A program made the translations under genes and the position numbers. From Vitrella brassicaformis CCMP3155 (Eukaryota > Protista > Chromerida): a DNA stretch of 64,000 nucleotides. The notes under the pieces are model-generated. The model saw only the letters and a list, made by a program, of their open reading frames with translations, was not told where the DNA came from and made no database searches. The DNA lies in contig CDMY01000153.1 of the NCBI GenBank assembly GCA_001179505.1, positions 1 through 64,000 of the forward strand, given 5' to 3'. Within the stretch, counting starts at the first letter, position 1. Each line of letters starts with the position of its first letter. Shown piece by piece: positions 10,101 through 21,600 of the stretch.

Positions 10101-11258
10101 ATGCTTGTGCAGCAACTGCTGGCCTGCGACGAGGGCAACAGGGCACCGACATTCAGTGAGATGCTCTGCCCCTTTGGTGAGGACGGCGAGTACGTCCACG
10201 ACTCGCCGGAGAAGGTGAGGTGAAGGGGAGAAATGGCTAGATGTGGATGAATCCTGTGCCCAACCCATTGCCTTGTATCCCGTCTTGTGTGTGTGTCTGC
10301 AGGATTCTCGCCTTGCACCAGCCCAGGAGGCGATGGATGTCATGTTCGGGAGCAGCGAGTGCGTGAACCGCCTCGGCCCTCTCACAGCCGACATGGCCTT
10401 CGACGACTCGATGATACTGCGGCCCGGGACGCAGTTTGACGCTCCCGAGTACGAGTCGCGGCTGTCAGGCAGCAGCGGGTCCGAGGCCCCCCAGGGCTAC
10501 GGCTTCCACAAGACGTTTCTGCAGCACCTGCAGTGGCAGCAGGGAGGGCAGCCCAAGAGGTGGCTGTTGGCGTCGCCTGACCATGTTGGCCACCTCGACG
10601 ACGTCCTCACCACATACCCTGACGCTAAAATTGTATTTGCACACCGGTATCGACAGCGTTGTACATTCAGGAGACTCTTTTCATTCAGTACAGTACACCC
10701 TGCGCGTATGTATGTATGCATGTATGTATGTATGCTGTCAGGGATGTGTGCGAGACGGTTGCCGGTCGGTGTCAAGAGACCCTGTCCCTCCGACATGGCC
10801 TCATGACGGTCGACGCATCCAAGGTGGCCGAGAGGGAGCTCCGCCAGATGGCGACCAACGCCAAGGCCGCGGGCGACTTCAGGAGGCGCCACCCGCACCT
10901 CAAGGCCCAGTTCGCCGACGTGACGCTGAGTGACCTCTTGAAAAACCCCGTGGGCCGCGTCAAGCGGCTGTACAGGAAGCTCAAGCTGTCTCCCTTGTCC
11001 CACCGCTCGTCCCAGGCCATGTGGAAGATGGTGCTGACCAACAGGAGCAAGTGGAGGACAATGGTCAAGGGTATGCCTGTGTCGGTGTCGCACTTTGGGA
11101 TCGACGAGGACGACAGCCGCGTCACTTGGCTGTCGGTGGAGAGCCTCATGGGCAAGAAAAGGAAGCGCAGGAGGCTGGTAGTGCGATGTGTTGGTAGCCT
11201 CCATCCATCGGTAGTGTGCTGTCGATCGGAGCCCACTCAGGTAGACGTTCTTCCTTGA
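59..11258 (+). CDS. Multimodular type I polyketide synthase / FAS-like megasynthase, 5'-partial, ending in a thioester reductase plus sulfotransferase-like domain
   Basis: The spliced reading gives KS (MDPQQR, DTACSSS, HGTGT, GHTEG), AT (GQGAQY, GHSLG, HAFH), DH (HVVSGVPIMP, LDGALQ), KR (GGLGFLG, LHD, YSAAN), ACP (LGIDSL; MGMDSR), R (TGATGIVG, YPWTK) and an ST-like region. GT-AG introns read at 446-520, 5500-5584, 6805-6931, 7319-gap, 9427-9499, 10215-10302 and 10647-10741. The stop at 11258 is taken from the ORF track; the last exon boundary is uncertain. Confidence 0.97.
1242..2220 (+). other. PKS acyltransferase domain, malonyl-CoA type
   Basis: FLFTGQGAQY; active-site GHSLG at 1545-1559; HAFH specificity motif at 1872-1883 (HAFH is the established malonyl signature). 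Confidence 0.92.
2412..3455 (+). other. PKS dehydratase domain
   Basis: HPLLG start, HxxxGxxxxP motif (HVVSGVPIMP, 2541-2570), YGPAF, and catalytic Asp in HPAVLDGALQ. Confidence 0.9.
3064..3455 (+). repeat. 392-bp direct repeat of the DH C-terminal half; second copy at 3965-4356
   Basis: Identical-looking sequence on both sides of the 3665-3964 gap, diverging after ...GACGTGACG. Confidence 0.95.
3513..3664 (+). repeat. Near-identical copy of the pre-ACP segment at 6032-6183
   Basis: Same DEACALTDEEAEMD...GAAGP peptide; two synonymous differences seen (ACG/ACC, CGA/CGC). Confidence 0.92.
3665..3964. other. Assembly gap (300 N)
   Basis: N run flanked by repeated PKS sequence. Confidence 1.
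4370..5960 (+). other. PKS ketoreductase (structural plus catalytic subdomains), probably B-type, no enoyl reductase
   Basis: Structural part (WLVTRG, GLWGFARSVRLE) followed directly by YVISGGLGFLG, HSAGVLHDA (LDD-like) and GQANYSAAN. No ER domain is inserted. Confidence 0.88.
6060..6400 (+). other. PKS acyl carrier protein
   Basis: PFNDLGIDSLGLVEFRDAV...LLFDYPTI; phosphopantetheine Ser at 6281-6283. Confidence 0.92.
6805..6931 (+). repeat. Representative intron with complementary microsatellite arms: (CAGA)n near the donor, (TGTC)n near the acceptor
   Basis: Seen directly in the sequence; the same pattern recurs in many introns of the glucan synthase, MRE11, alveolin and uS9 genes. Confidence 0.85.
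7363..7662. other. Assembly gap (300 N)
   Basis: N run inside the duplicated KS; the paralogous copy implies about 391 bp are missing. Confidence 1.
8180..8400 (+). other. Terminal acyl carrier protein
   Basis: ETPLFEMGMDSRAVIEL...LLFDNPTV; Ser at 8282-8284. Confidence 0.88.
8585..9760 (+). other. Thioester reductase (R/TD) release domain
   Basis: NVLLTGATGIVG Rossmann motif, VLLGDLSKELFGL, IYHTGASV, GYPWTKYVCEELL (YxxxK), VTIYRLP. Confidence 0.9.
9820..11100 (+). other. P-loop sulfotransferase-like domain (bacterial/mycobacterial-type family), with degenerate PAPS motifs
   Basis: MSFLGRLLL...HPAIRCQQIKQPLFVVG, FHKTFLQHLQWQQ...RWLLASPDH...YPDAKIVFAHR|D. These match, by recall, the layout of Sulfotransfer_3-type enzymes (PIFIVGLPRSGTT; RWVLKSPxH; FPDARFVxTHRDP). 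Confidence 0.75.
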
Positions 11259-12678
11259 TGGATGGGCGATGTGGTAAGTGTCTGTGTAGATGTATGTATA
11301 CAGATAGGCGAGGCGGGGGATGGATGCGATGCGATGCGATTCATGGTGTTTGTGTGTTTGTAAGTGCTTAAATGAAGGAGAGATGCAATGCAATGCATGG
11401 TGTGCATTGCATGACATTCACTCATTTATATGCGTTGCATGCTGCTGTCTGGACCGATCCATACATACATTAGGATACATGCACTGCACACATACATGCC
11501 GTGTGCCGCTGCGCCGCCCCCGCAGCCAGTGGCCCTTGGCGGTGTGGTGTGTGCCGTGTCTGTCTGTCTGTCTGTCTGTCTCTGTGTCTCTGTGTCTGTG
11601 TCTGTGTGCATCGCATCCATAACATCCATCCATCCATGGGACACTCCCTTACTTGCTTATTTGTCGTTGGTTGTATGTGGCATGCATTTTTCGTGCTGTC
11701 ACTTGCCTGTACGTACGTGTGTACTGATCTCTTCCCTGTAGGTGTGTGTACTGCCTGCCGTCCCTCGGCCCACAAAACGTGGGCTGCTTATCTTATTGAT
11801 CAGCGCTGCGGGGGAGCGGAGTGTCAGATATTATGAGGGAGGGGGTGTACCTGTCTGTCTCTGCTGTCAGTATGTTTCCATACGCACTTGTCATGTCAGC
11901 TCAGAGCGCTGCGTGCATACATACGTACAGGCAGAACCGATGTTGGGTTTCTGGGCATCGCATCGCATCGCATTCCATCTGGTGTGTTGCCTGTCTGCTG
12001 AACGGCAGCCAGGCAGACATGGTGATTTCCTACGACCTACACATCGCATAGTGTGTTGCTTCCTTGCCTGCGTACTTAGTTCCACATATGGGTGCGTCTG
12101 AGGACGCGCACTGCACCGCACCGCACCGCACCCAGCTAGTCGATTTTTGCCATCCATCGGTGTGTCCCCTCTTTTATGGAGAGAGTTTGTGTTGTTGACT
12201 TTGCGACGTACAGAGGTTTCGGACGATTGCCGACAGAGTGTGTTTTTTTCCTTTGTGCCCCTCGCGCCGCGGTGCCGTGTTGTACCTGTCTGGCGCGAGC
12301 CGTCACAAGGTTGTTCACACCGTTGTTGTCAGTCATGTGCTCCTTTCTTTCGTCTCTTGGTGTACATACATACATTACATGAACGCTGCACTGCACACAC
12401 CGTACACCCATCCATCCCTGTGCATCACTTGGGTTCTCTTTTCCTACACTGTGTCTTCGTCTTCTGTTTGTTTCATGCATTCATTGCATGCGTAGATGAA
12501 TGACATGTGCGAAGAGCCTGCTAGGTACGCAGAAGGGCTGACAGTGACAGACCAGACAGGTCTGTGAATATGGCGGAAACAAAAACACCAGACAGCGTGT
12601 GGCGCCACAGACTAATATTTCTGTCATCAACGGCCGCACAACAACACACAATACCACCAGCGCCGGCCGCCCGTTTCC

Positions 12679-15600
12679 ATGGGCAGTGGCTTTCAGGAAA
12701 AGCCCGAGAGCCCTGCCAGCAACGACTGTTCGTCGGGCGGCCAAACGACCTCCTCGGGCACCAACGTCATCGATCTCCAAGATGGCACTCTCTTCAACGT
12801 GCCACTTGGAGGCCCCCGCCACGCGGAGGTCGCTCGCCTCTCGGTCATCGCAAGGCAGGTCCTTGACACCGTATGCGGGCGGCAGGGCGGCTCGTGTGTG
12901 TGGGACAGCGCAGCACAGCGGTATGGCTTCCAGGCCGACAACGTAGCCAATCAGAAGGAGGATGTCACCATGACCCTGATTAACATGGTCCTGCGGGACG
13001 AGCCTCCAAGGTCCTTCCTGGCCCCACCTTCACCGCCCGAGGAGCGCGCGGACGCCGGCCACACGCAGCGCAGCAGCAGTGGGGCCGTGACGCCATCCGT
13101 CTACCAGCAGGTGGGTATGTACCTAATCTTATCGCATCGGCCACCTGACAGCTGTCTGTCTACACAACACACTCCTCCCTGCCTGTCTGCCTGCGTGCCT
13201 TGCCTGCTGTGGTGGTTGGTGTCCCAAGGTGCTGGTGGTCTACCACGAGAAGGTCTTCCGCAACTATCGGCGGTGGTGCAGCTTCCTGGGCCTCAAAGCC
13301 TTTCCCCTTCATCCACCCCATGCTGCAGTGAGCAGCGACCCGTCTGTGGCCTTTCGTCACCTGTCACAGGACATTGCTCTGTACCGTCTGGTGTGGGGGG
13401 AGGCAGCCAACCTGCGGCACTGTCCGGAGCTGCTGTGCTTTATCTTCCACTGGCTCTCGACTGACTGGACGGTGGCACTCAGCAGCGGGGGCGGCCATGG
13501 CCATGCTGCATCACCCACCCCACCCTTCATCGACGCAATCTCACCCCTCGTGCAGAAGGTAGGCAGGCAGGTCGGCCGGCGAGTGAGTATGGCGGGCCGG
13601 CATGGCGTGTGTGACTTAAGTGCTAGTGTGTGGGTGCAGATGTGGGATGAGATGCGCAAGCCAACCGACAACAATGGCCGCCTCAACTACGACGACTGGA
13701 ACGAGCTCTGCTGGAACAAGTGTACGTACGAAGGTCCTGGCTGCGTTGATGGGCGATGTGCATGCAGTTGTGTGTATGTGTGACATTCATAGGTGTGGTG
13801 TCTGCCAAGGTGTTCATGGGGCCCTGGAGGGGTCAGCTGCTGGAGGCTCTGGTGCCCAAGAGGTCGGCAGCCCGCAAGACGTTTGTGGAGCAGAGGAGCT
13901 ACCTGACTGTCTTGCTGGCCTTCTCCCGCATCTATTCCTTCAACATCATCACCTTCTTCCTCCTCATCACACTCGCAGTCGACCAACGAGGTCACTCTAC
14001 CAACCAACCACTCACTCAAACAGTCAGTCAGTCAGTCAGGAAAGGACAGCCAGGGAGGACAGGACTGACTGACTGACTGATACACACCTCCCCCGACCCA
14101 CATCTTGGCCAGACGTTGCCTGCCTGTCTGCCTGCCTGCCTGCCTGGATGTATGTGTATACGTATGTGTGTATGTGTGTACTGCGTCTGGTTTGTGTGTG
14201 TGACAGAGCGTTGGGCGTCTCGCGAGGGCCGTCCGCTGTCGTCATCCTTCTCGAGTTTGTCGTCCCTCGGCCGCCCCTCGGCATGGCTGGCCTGTACCCT
14301 CGTCATTGCCATGGCCCTGGGCGGCCTCAAGGAGCTTCTCGAGCTCTGCCTGTCACCCTCCAGGCCCTTGAACGGCGCCAGAAGTTGTGGGGCTGTCCTC
14401 GTGGCTCTACTAACCCTGCAGCGGACGGCACGCGCTCTGGCGTCGCTACTCCGACTGGTGTTCGCCGGTGCGGGACTGTACGCCTTCACCAACGACAACA
14501 CACACCCCTGGCTGAGCTGGAATGGTACGGACACCCGCCTCCACACCTGCCTACCTACCTACCAGCCTGCCTGCCTGCCTGCGTGGATGGCCATCGATCG
14601 TTGTCAATCGGGATGGTTCATCTCGCCCTGTTTGTGTTTCTGTCTGTCTGTGTGGACTCACTCCTGCCTGCCTGGCTGCAGGAATGGTGACGTTCCCGTT
14701 TCTGTGTTTCTACGTGCTGCATTGGTCGGTGTATGTGTGGGCGGCAGTGCTCAAAGGCATCAGTCGTGCGTCGAGGGTGCTGGAGGGTGCATGTGAGCGG
14801 CTCGTCCACTGGGCGGCTGTCCGCCACTTCACGGCCAACGTCCTCAGTGCTGCGGAAGAGCCAGGCCACATCGTGAGGTATTCGCTCTTCTGGCTGGTCG
14901 TCTGGGGGGCCAAACTCACATTCAGCTACTTCTACATCTGCAACCCACTACTCGGCGGTCAGCCAGACAACCATCCATCCATCCATCCATCTATCCACCC
15001 CCCACGTGTGTCTGTCTATGTATTCATCCATCTATCCATCGGTGGGTGCAGCGACATCGTTGCTATGGCAGCTTCCTGTGGACGTGTCGTCCAGTGTGGG
15101 GGCGAGTGTCATCAAGGCCCTCATGGTGCTCGCCGTCTGGCTACCCACACTCGTCAGATACTTCTGGGACACACAGCTGGTATGTACGTGCCTACACACC
15201 CACGTAGATGTGATGCGCATGTATCATTGCATTCAGGCAGGCAGGCAGGCAGGCGACACGCACTGAATTGGCCAACAGAAAGAAGATGGGGAGGCGATTT
15301 GACCCGTACTTGTTGTGTGCGTGTGTGTGTGTGCAGTTTTATGCGATCCTGCAGGCCATCTGGAGCAGTGTGGCGGCCTACTTGAGGAAGGTGGCGCTCG
15401 TACGCAACCCCTCACTCGTACAGGTCGGTAGGCACACAGACAGGTCCACACAATATACCAGCCAGCATGGGTGAGGGGAGTGGCTGTCTGTCTGCAGCGC
15501 CTGTTCCACTCGTTGCCCCTTCAATATGAGCGGATCTTGACTGAGGAGGCAGCAGGGGGCTTCAAGCTCATCACCGACACCACCAAGACACCCAGCGCGG

Positions 15601-18600
15601 CGGGCGCCACATGCACCATCCTGTCCTGCGGCGGCCGGCTATGCTGCTGCCGGCGGCGGAGGGCGGCCATGATTTCGCCTGGCAACAAGCGGCGCCCGTT
15701 GCCCCCCATTCCGGTGGGGCAGCTGGTGTCTGGCCACCTGTCCCAGTCGGTGTGGCGGTATTTCTCCAGCTGCTGGCCGCCCCCCGTGTACACGAGGAGC
15801 AGCAAGCCCTATCAGGTGGCCCTCAACGCCCTACGTGTCGAATATTCGTCGCAGCAGGGGGACCACCAGGTGGCCCACCCCCACCCTCACCCTCCCACCA
15901 ACATGATCTGCCCTCAACCCCCCGACCTGACGCTTGCCGTGACGCCCCTGTCAGTGGGTGTGAGCCGCAACGTCAGCCCAGCGGCCGTGCTGCGGCGTGT
16001 GGGAGGCGCAGCTACGGGTCGCATCCGTCTGGGTGACTTCACTCCATGCTACACACCCATACACCCACACATCCGCAGGCGGCTGTCCACAGGGGGCATG
16101 GCAGACCCACACCACCCACACCACCACAGCGGGACACAGACCTTGAGTGGCGGCAACAGGAGGGGGCAAAGAGCAGCTGGTGGGTGGGCAAGGAGGAGAG
16201 ACAACATCACCGGGGCTGCTGCAGCAGGAGGAGTCACTGCCCGCCACTCAGATGCGGATGAGTCGTCTGGCCCCGTGCTGCAGTACATGGTAAGCATCGG
16301 GGCGGGGCTTGCTCTCATCTGATGAGTGAGTGAGTGCCTGAAGGCCTTCCTGCAAGTGCTTGTCTGTCTGTCTGTCTGCCATCCGCCCTGGGATGGATGG
16401 ATGGATGAATGCAGCCCATCCGTCGCTTCGCTTACTTTTGGAACGAACTCATCGAGACGTTCAGACAGGTATGGATCCATCGATGGATCGAGAGCGCCAG
16501 ACACGTCGGGCCGTGTGCATGTGTGTGTGTGTGTGTGTGTGTGTAGGAGGATCTGTTGTGTCACGACGAGCGTCGTGGGTTGCAGTTCAACGAATTGCCC
16601 CTGCTCACGTTTAACAGCTGGAGGGACTTCTGGCGTGGCGAGGCACATGACGACCACCCTCTGGCTGGCGGGGTGGTCGTGCAGTGGCAGGAATCAGAGG
16701 TAGGTGAGGGCACCTGCCTGCCTGTCTGCCACCCAGTAGAGGCAGGCGATACGCCTCGCTGTCCCTCCATCGGTTGGTGTGCGCGTGTATGTGTGTACCC
16801 CACCAAGGTTCGTTATCCGGTGATGTTTTATGCGTCGGTGGTTCACCGTTTCCTGGAGCAGTGTGGCGTGCAGCAGGAGAAGGTCAAGGACATATGGCAA
16901 CGATTCGCACACAAGAGGTACGCAGGAGCCAGACAGACAGACAGACCGACATCCCTGGCCATGTAGGTAGGTCGATGGGGGTGGGTGGCTCTATGAGACG
17001 TACGTGTGGTGTGCAATGGATGGAATGTGCAGATCGGCGTGTGGTCGTCTCGAGTACCATCTGCGCAGCCTAGTGCGTTCGTTTCTGAGTCGTGAGTTCC
17101 CCTTCAGCCTGCAGCCCACCGCCCCGGACAAGGGCCGGTCGCCTCTCATGGGCTGGTGCCTCAAACGCACAGCCCGGGGGGCTGGGGGACCGCCGGTGGC
17201 CCACCAGGAGGCCAAACAGCTCAACCTCATGGGCGCCGAGGGCACCACGGCAGTACTACACGCCTTCGCCCTTCTGGAAATATTCCAGGGTAACCACCAA
17301 CCAAACCGTGTTTGTTACACTTACACTCGCACACGGGGGTGCCTAGCCATAGCACGTACGTACCGTACATGTGTCTGTGTGTGTCCCTCACTCACGGCAC
17401 GGCGTGGACTGCACTGGCTGCAGCGCTGTGCCTGTACCTGTCCCGTAGCTTCCAGCATGGATGGAGATGGTGAGCAAGGCAAGGCAAGGCAGGGCAGAGC
17501 AGACAGATGAAATGCAGGTCAGGTAGGGTAGGTCACATCAATAAATGCCCTTTCCTTCCTTCCTTTCTGCCTGGCTGGCTGGCTACCTGCAGTGTGGACG
17601 CCATGCACAAGATATGGCACCGGGTATGTACTAACCCACCCACACCATCCAATACCCACCCTCCGGGACTGCCCTGCTTCTTTCCTCGTCTTCTGTCCGT
17701 CTGTCCGTCTGTCTGTCCCTCTGTGTGTGTGTGGTGTGGTGTTGTTTGTCAGCTGACCGAGTGTCCGGTGTTGCTGTCGCGGCTGGACTTAACGGCCCTG
17801 CAGGCGTTGCAGCCCATCCTCACCGACATATTCCTCATCTCCCAGTCTCTCGACCCGCCACCAGACATGCGACGAAGGCTGGCCCACTGCAACGCACACC
17901 TACGAGCCGCACTCAAGAGCTTCGTGCTGCCACTCGGCACCCACCTGCCCCACATCGACCAGGGCAAGGGTCAGCTGGCCTTCCGGGAGCTGCGGCAGTT
18001 CACCGACACGGTCGACAAATGCTTCGATGGATGCTTCAAGCACGCCCAGCCGCCATCACCCTGCCCCACACGACCACGACCAGACCCACCCACTGGTGCT
18101 GGTCGTGGTGGTGGTGGGGGCGTTGAGGCTGGCGGGTCAGAGTTGCCCGCCCAGCTGACACACCCCTTCGAGCTCACCGACGACGTCAGATGGGACACAC
18201 CCACCCCCACCCCCACATCGCACTCCCACCACAACGAGCAGCAGCAGCAGGAGCAGCAGAGTTCGATGCCGCTGTTTGGGACAGGCGGCGTTAGTCGTGG
18301 CAGTGCAGAGGATGCCTCCCGGGTGCGGAGCGGCAGCACCATGGTGGCCTCCAGCTCGGGGCGAGGCGACACCCACCTGTCATCCGACGACCTCATGATA
18401 GCTGTCGATGCCGGCATGGACCAGCAAGACACCCCTGCCCTACCACACACCAGTGCAATAGGCTCACATTTCCCACCCGCAACAGCCTTTCGACGTCCGG
18501 GACCCACCACCCCTATGGCAGCAGCAGCAGCAGCACCGCCCGACAGCTGCTGCCACGGCACCACCGGCACACGGCCCTCAGCAAGTGAGTCGTCCGGGTC

Positions 18601-21600
18601 GTCTCTGCTGCCCGGCCAGCCCCACCGCGACCCCAGCCGTCGTGTGGGGGGTGGTGTGTCGTCGTCCCGTGGGGGCGCCTCGTCTTCTAGCCCATCGCGG
18701 GTGGGAGCGTCGGGTAGCAGCGGGGTGGGGACACACAATGGGAGGGACCCCCCGACCGACGGGAGTGTGCCGGGCCCCACCAGCGGTAGCCCTAGCTGGA
18801 GGAGGGACCTAGACACGTGCCTGGCGCTCTACTACCGAAGGGCTTACCGCATACTCACCGCCACCAAGTTCGACCTCGGCACCTCAGAAGCCAGACGAAG
18901 GTACGGGACACGACACGACTACACACGCACTCAGCCATGCACCGCCCAGCCCAACCGACCCGCACACCGACCGATCCATATATGCGTTGGGTTGTCTTGT
19001 GTTGTGAATTTATCTCTGTATCTCTGTGTGTGTATATAAGGTTGAAGTACTTCATGACGTCGATGTTCATGGACATGCCCGAGGCTCCCAGCGTGGCCAA
19101 GGCCATGTCACTCACCACCCTCATACCCTACTATGAAGGTAGGTAGGCAAGGCACACCACACAAGCCAAACCAAGACAACGCAACGCACACAGAAGAGAG
19201 AGACGTGTGTGTCCGTCCATCGACTGATTGCACGTATGTTGTGTGTATCTTCCTTCCTTGATTCCTTGCTTCATTCCTTGCTTCCTCCCTCCCTCCCGGC
19301 CCACCCTACTTGCCTACGATGCGATGCATGCCATGGCTGTCTGCAGAGGATGCCTGGCTGCCTTTGGATGAGTTGTACAAGACGACGAGCGAGGGCGTGA
19401 CAAAGCTGGAGTTCCTCCAATCACTCTACCCATCAGAGTGGCAGGTCAGGTCGGTCGGACCAGTCGGTCCAGTACACACACGAATAGATAGACAGACCCC
19501 CCTCCCCCCCTCCCTATTCTTTTCATTCCCTGACGTTGGGCGTGTTTAACCTTGTTCAGAATTTCCTGGAGCGCAAGGACCCCGACGGGCTCCTGTACTC
19601 GTGCTCAAGCCAACTCTCACAGGACGACATCAGGTCAGGCACCCCCCCCCCCCCCCCCCCCCCCCCCCNNNNNNNNNNNNNNNNNNNNNNNNNNNNNNNN
19701 NNNNNNNNNNNNNNNNNNNNNNNNNNNNNNNNNNNNNNNNNNNNNNNNNNNNNNNNNNNNNNNNNNNNNNNNNNNNNNNNNNNNNNNNNNNNNNNNNNNN
19801 NNNNNNNNNNNNNNNNNNNNNNNNNNNNNNNNNNNNNNNNNNNNNNNNNNNNNNNNNNNNNNNNNNNNNNNNNNNNNNNNNNNNNNNNNNNNNNNNNNNN
19901 NNNNNNNNNNNNNNNNNNNNNNNNNNNNNNNNNNNNNNNNNNNNNNNNNNNNNNNNNNNNNNNNNNNNCCCCCACCCACCCACACAGACATGCACTGCAC
20001 ACATAGCTAGCATATTTATGGGGATCTGACGGCTGAACGTGTCTGTCTGTGTGTGGCTTTTGTTTGTGTGTGTGGACTGCAGTGAGGAGGAGCTGCGTAA
20101 GAATTACTTCGATGTGTACGAGCGGCTCAACGGCAACCTGGTGGCTTTGGACGACTTCCGCGATGCGCTCCAGCAGTGGGCGTCCTTCAGGGGACAGACG
20201 CTCTGCCGCACCATCCGAGGGGTACTCTACAACACGCAGGCGCTCCAGCTGCAGGCATATGTGGAGGAGCAGCTCTTGACACACAACCACCGCCAATGGA
20301 GCCGATCGGCCGCTGGGGGAGAAGGGGCAGGCACAGGCCCCTTGGACGACTGTGTGGGGCAGGGTCTGCCGGGTGGGGCAACACCACCCATGCACCTATC
20401 CAGAGACAGGTGGGGGGGTCGGGGCACATACCATACCCTACCATACACACATCGTATGTGTCGTACCGGACACACACCTATTGATGTGATGCACCGCACC
20501 CATGAATGGACTGCCTGTCTCCCTATCCGTCTGCGGGGTTCCGCATGCATTCTATGTGCGTATATGTGTATGTATGTATGGGTGGGTGCGGTGTAGGAAT
20601 CAGCTGAGTATAGACGACGAGCACCGTTTGTGTTGGGAGTCGATAGCCCCACTGGGGGGCGACAGGGCACTCGAACCACACGAGACGGCACCATGCCATA
20701 TCTGGAGAGGTAGGTATATAGGTCACTCAACCGTACGTAATCCGCACTCACAGTCACACACGCACGCTCTGACGCATTCATTCATCAACCCTACATGTAT
20801 AATTGATTATGTGTGCGTTGCTTCTGCTCTGCATGTCCATCCATCCATCCATGCATACGTCCCTTTTGGCGTACGTACCGTACAGAGAGCAACCGCGTCA
20901 AGGCCTATCAACGTGATCCATACGCACTGGCGCTATCTGTCCTCAAGTAAGCATTATACATACCTCCCTCCATACACACACGCCTACCTACCGGCAGGGA
21001 GGGAGGGAGCCTTCATTGGTTTGGCTTCATTTATCGGTATGGCTGGTTGGTGTTGTCTGTCTGTTGCTTGTGTAGGTATCAGTTGTGCGTGGCAGCTCAG
21101 GTGTTCGGCCGTGACCTGGTGGATCAGACAGGCGACAGCCGTGCGGCTTTGCGTGTGAAGGGTCTGGTGGACATGCTGCAGCAGCACCACCTGACGCTAC
21201 GGGTGGCGTGCATCGAGGAGGCCCTCGTGGCTGGGGTGCTCCGCAAGGCGTCGGTCTTCTACAAGTGGTGCCCCGTAGCTGGCAGGCTCGAGCGTGTCTA
21301 CCGCATCCTGCTGCCGCACGTCGACACCGGAGACGGCACCAACCCGCTACCCGCTATCGGAGAAGGTACGTACGGAGACCAAGGGAGGGAGGGAGGGAGG
21401 GAGGGAGGGAGACGGGCGCGGAGACAGACAGACATGTGGGACACACATGGCATTTATTTGCTGTTGTTTGTTTGGTGTGTGAAGGCAAGCCCGAGAATCA
21501 GAATGCAGCCATGATTTTCACACGTGGGGAGCTGCTGCAAACCATCGACATGAACATGGACAGCTACTTCGAAGAGGTAGGTAGGTAGGCAGGTTGGTAG

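Noticed and set aside
11140-11180. Basic KKRKRRR stretch at the PKS C-terminus as a nuclear localisation signal
   Set aside because: The final exon structure here is uncertain and a nuclear megasynthase has no supporting evidence.
11259-12678. Possible small gene or ncRNA between the PKS and glucan synthase
   Set aside because: The region is dominated by simple repeats and UTR-like sequence. I found no ORF with protein-like composition and no recognisable tRNA, snRNA or snoRNA motif.
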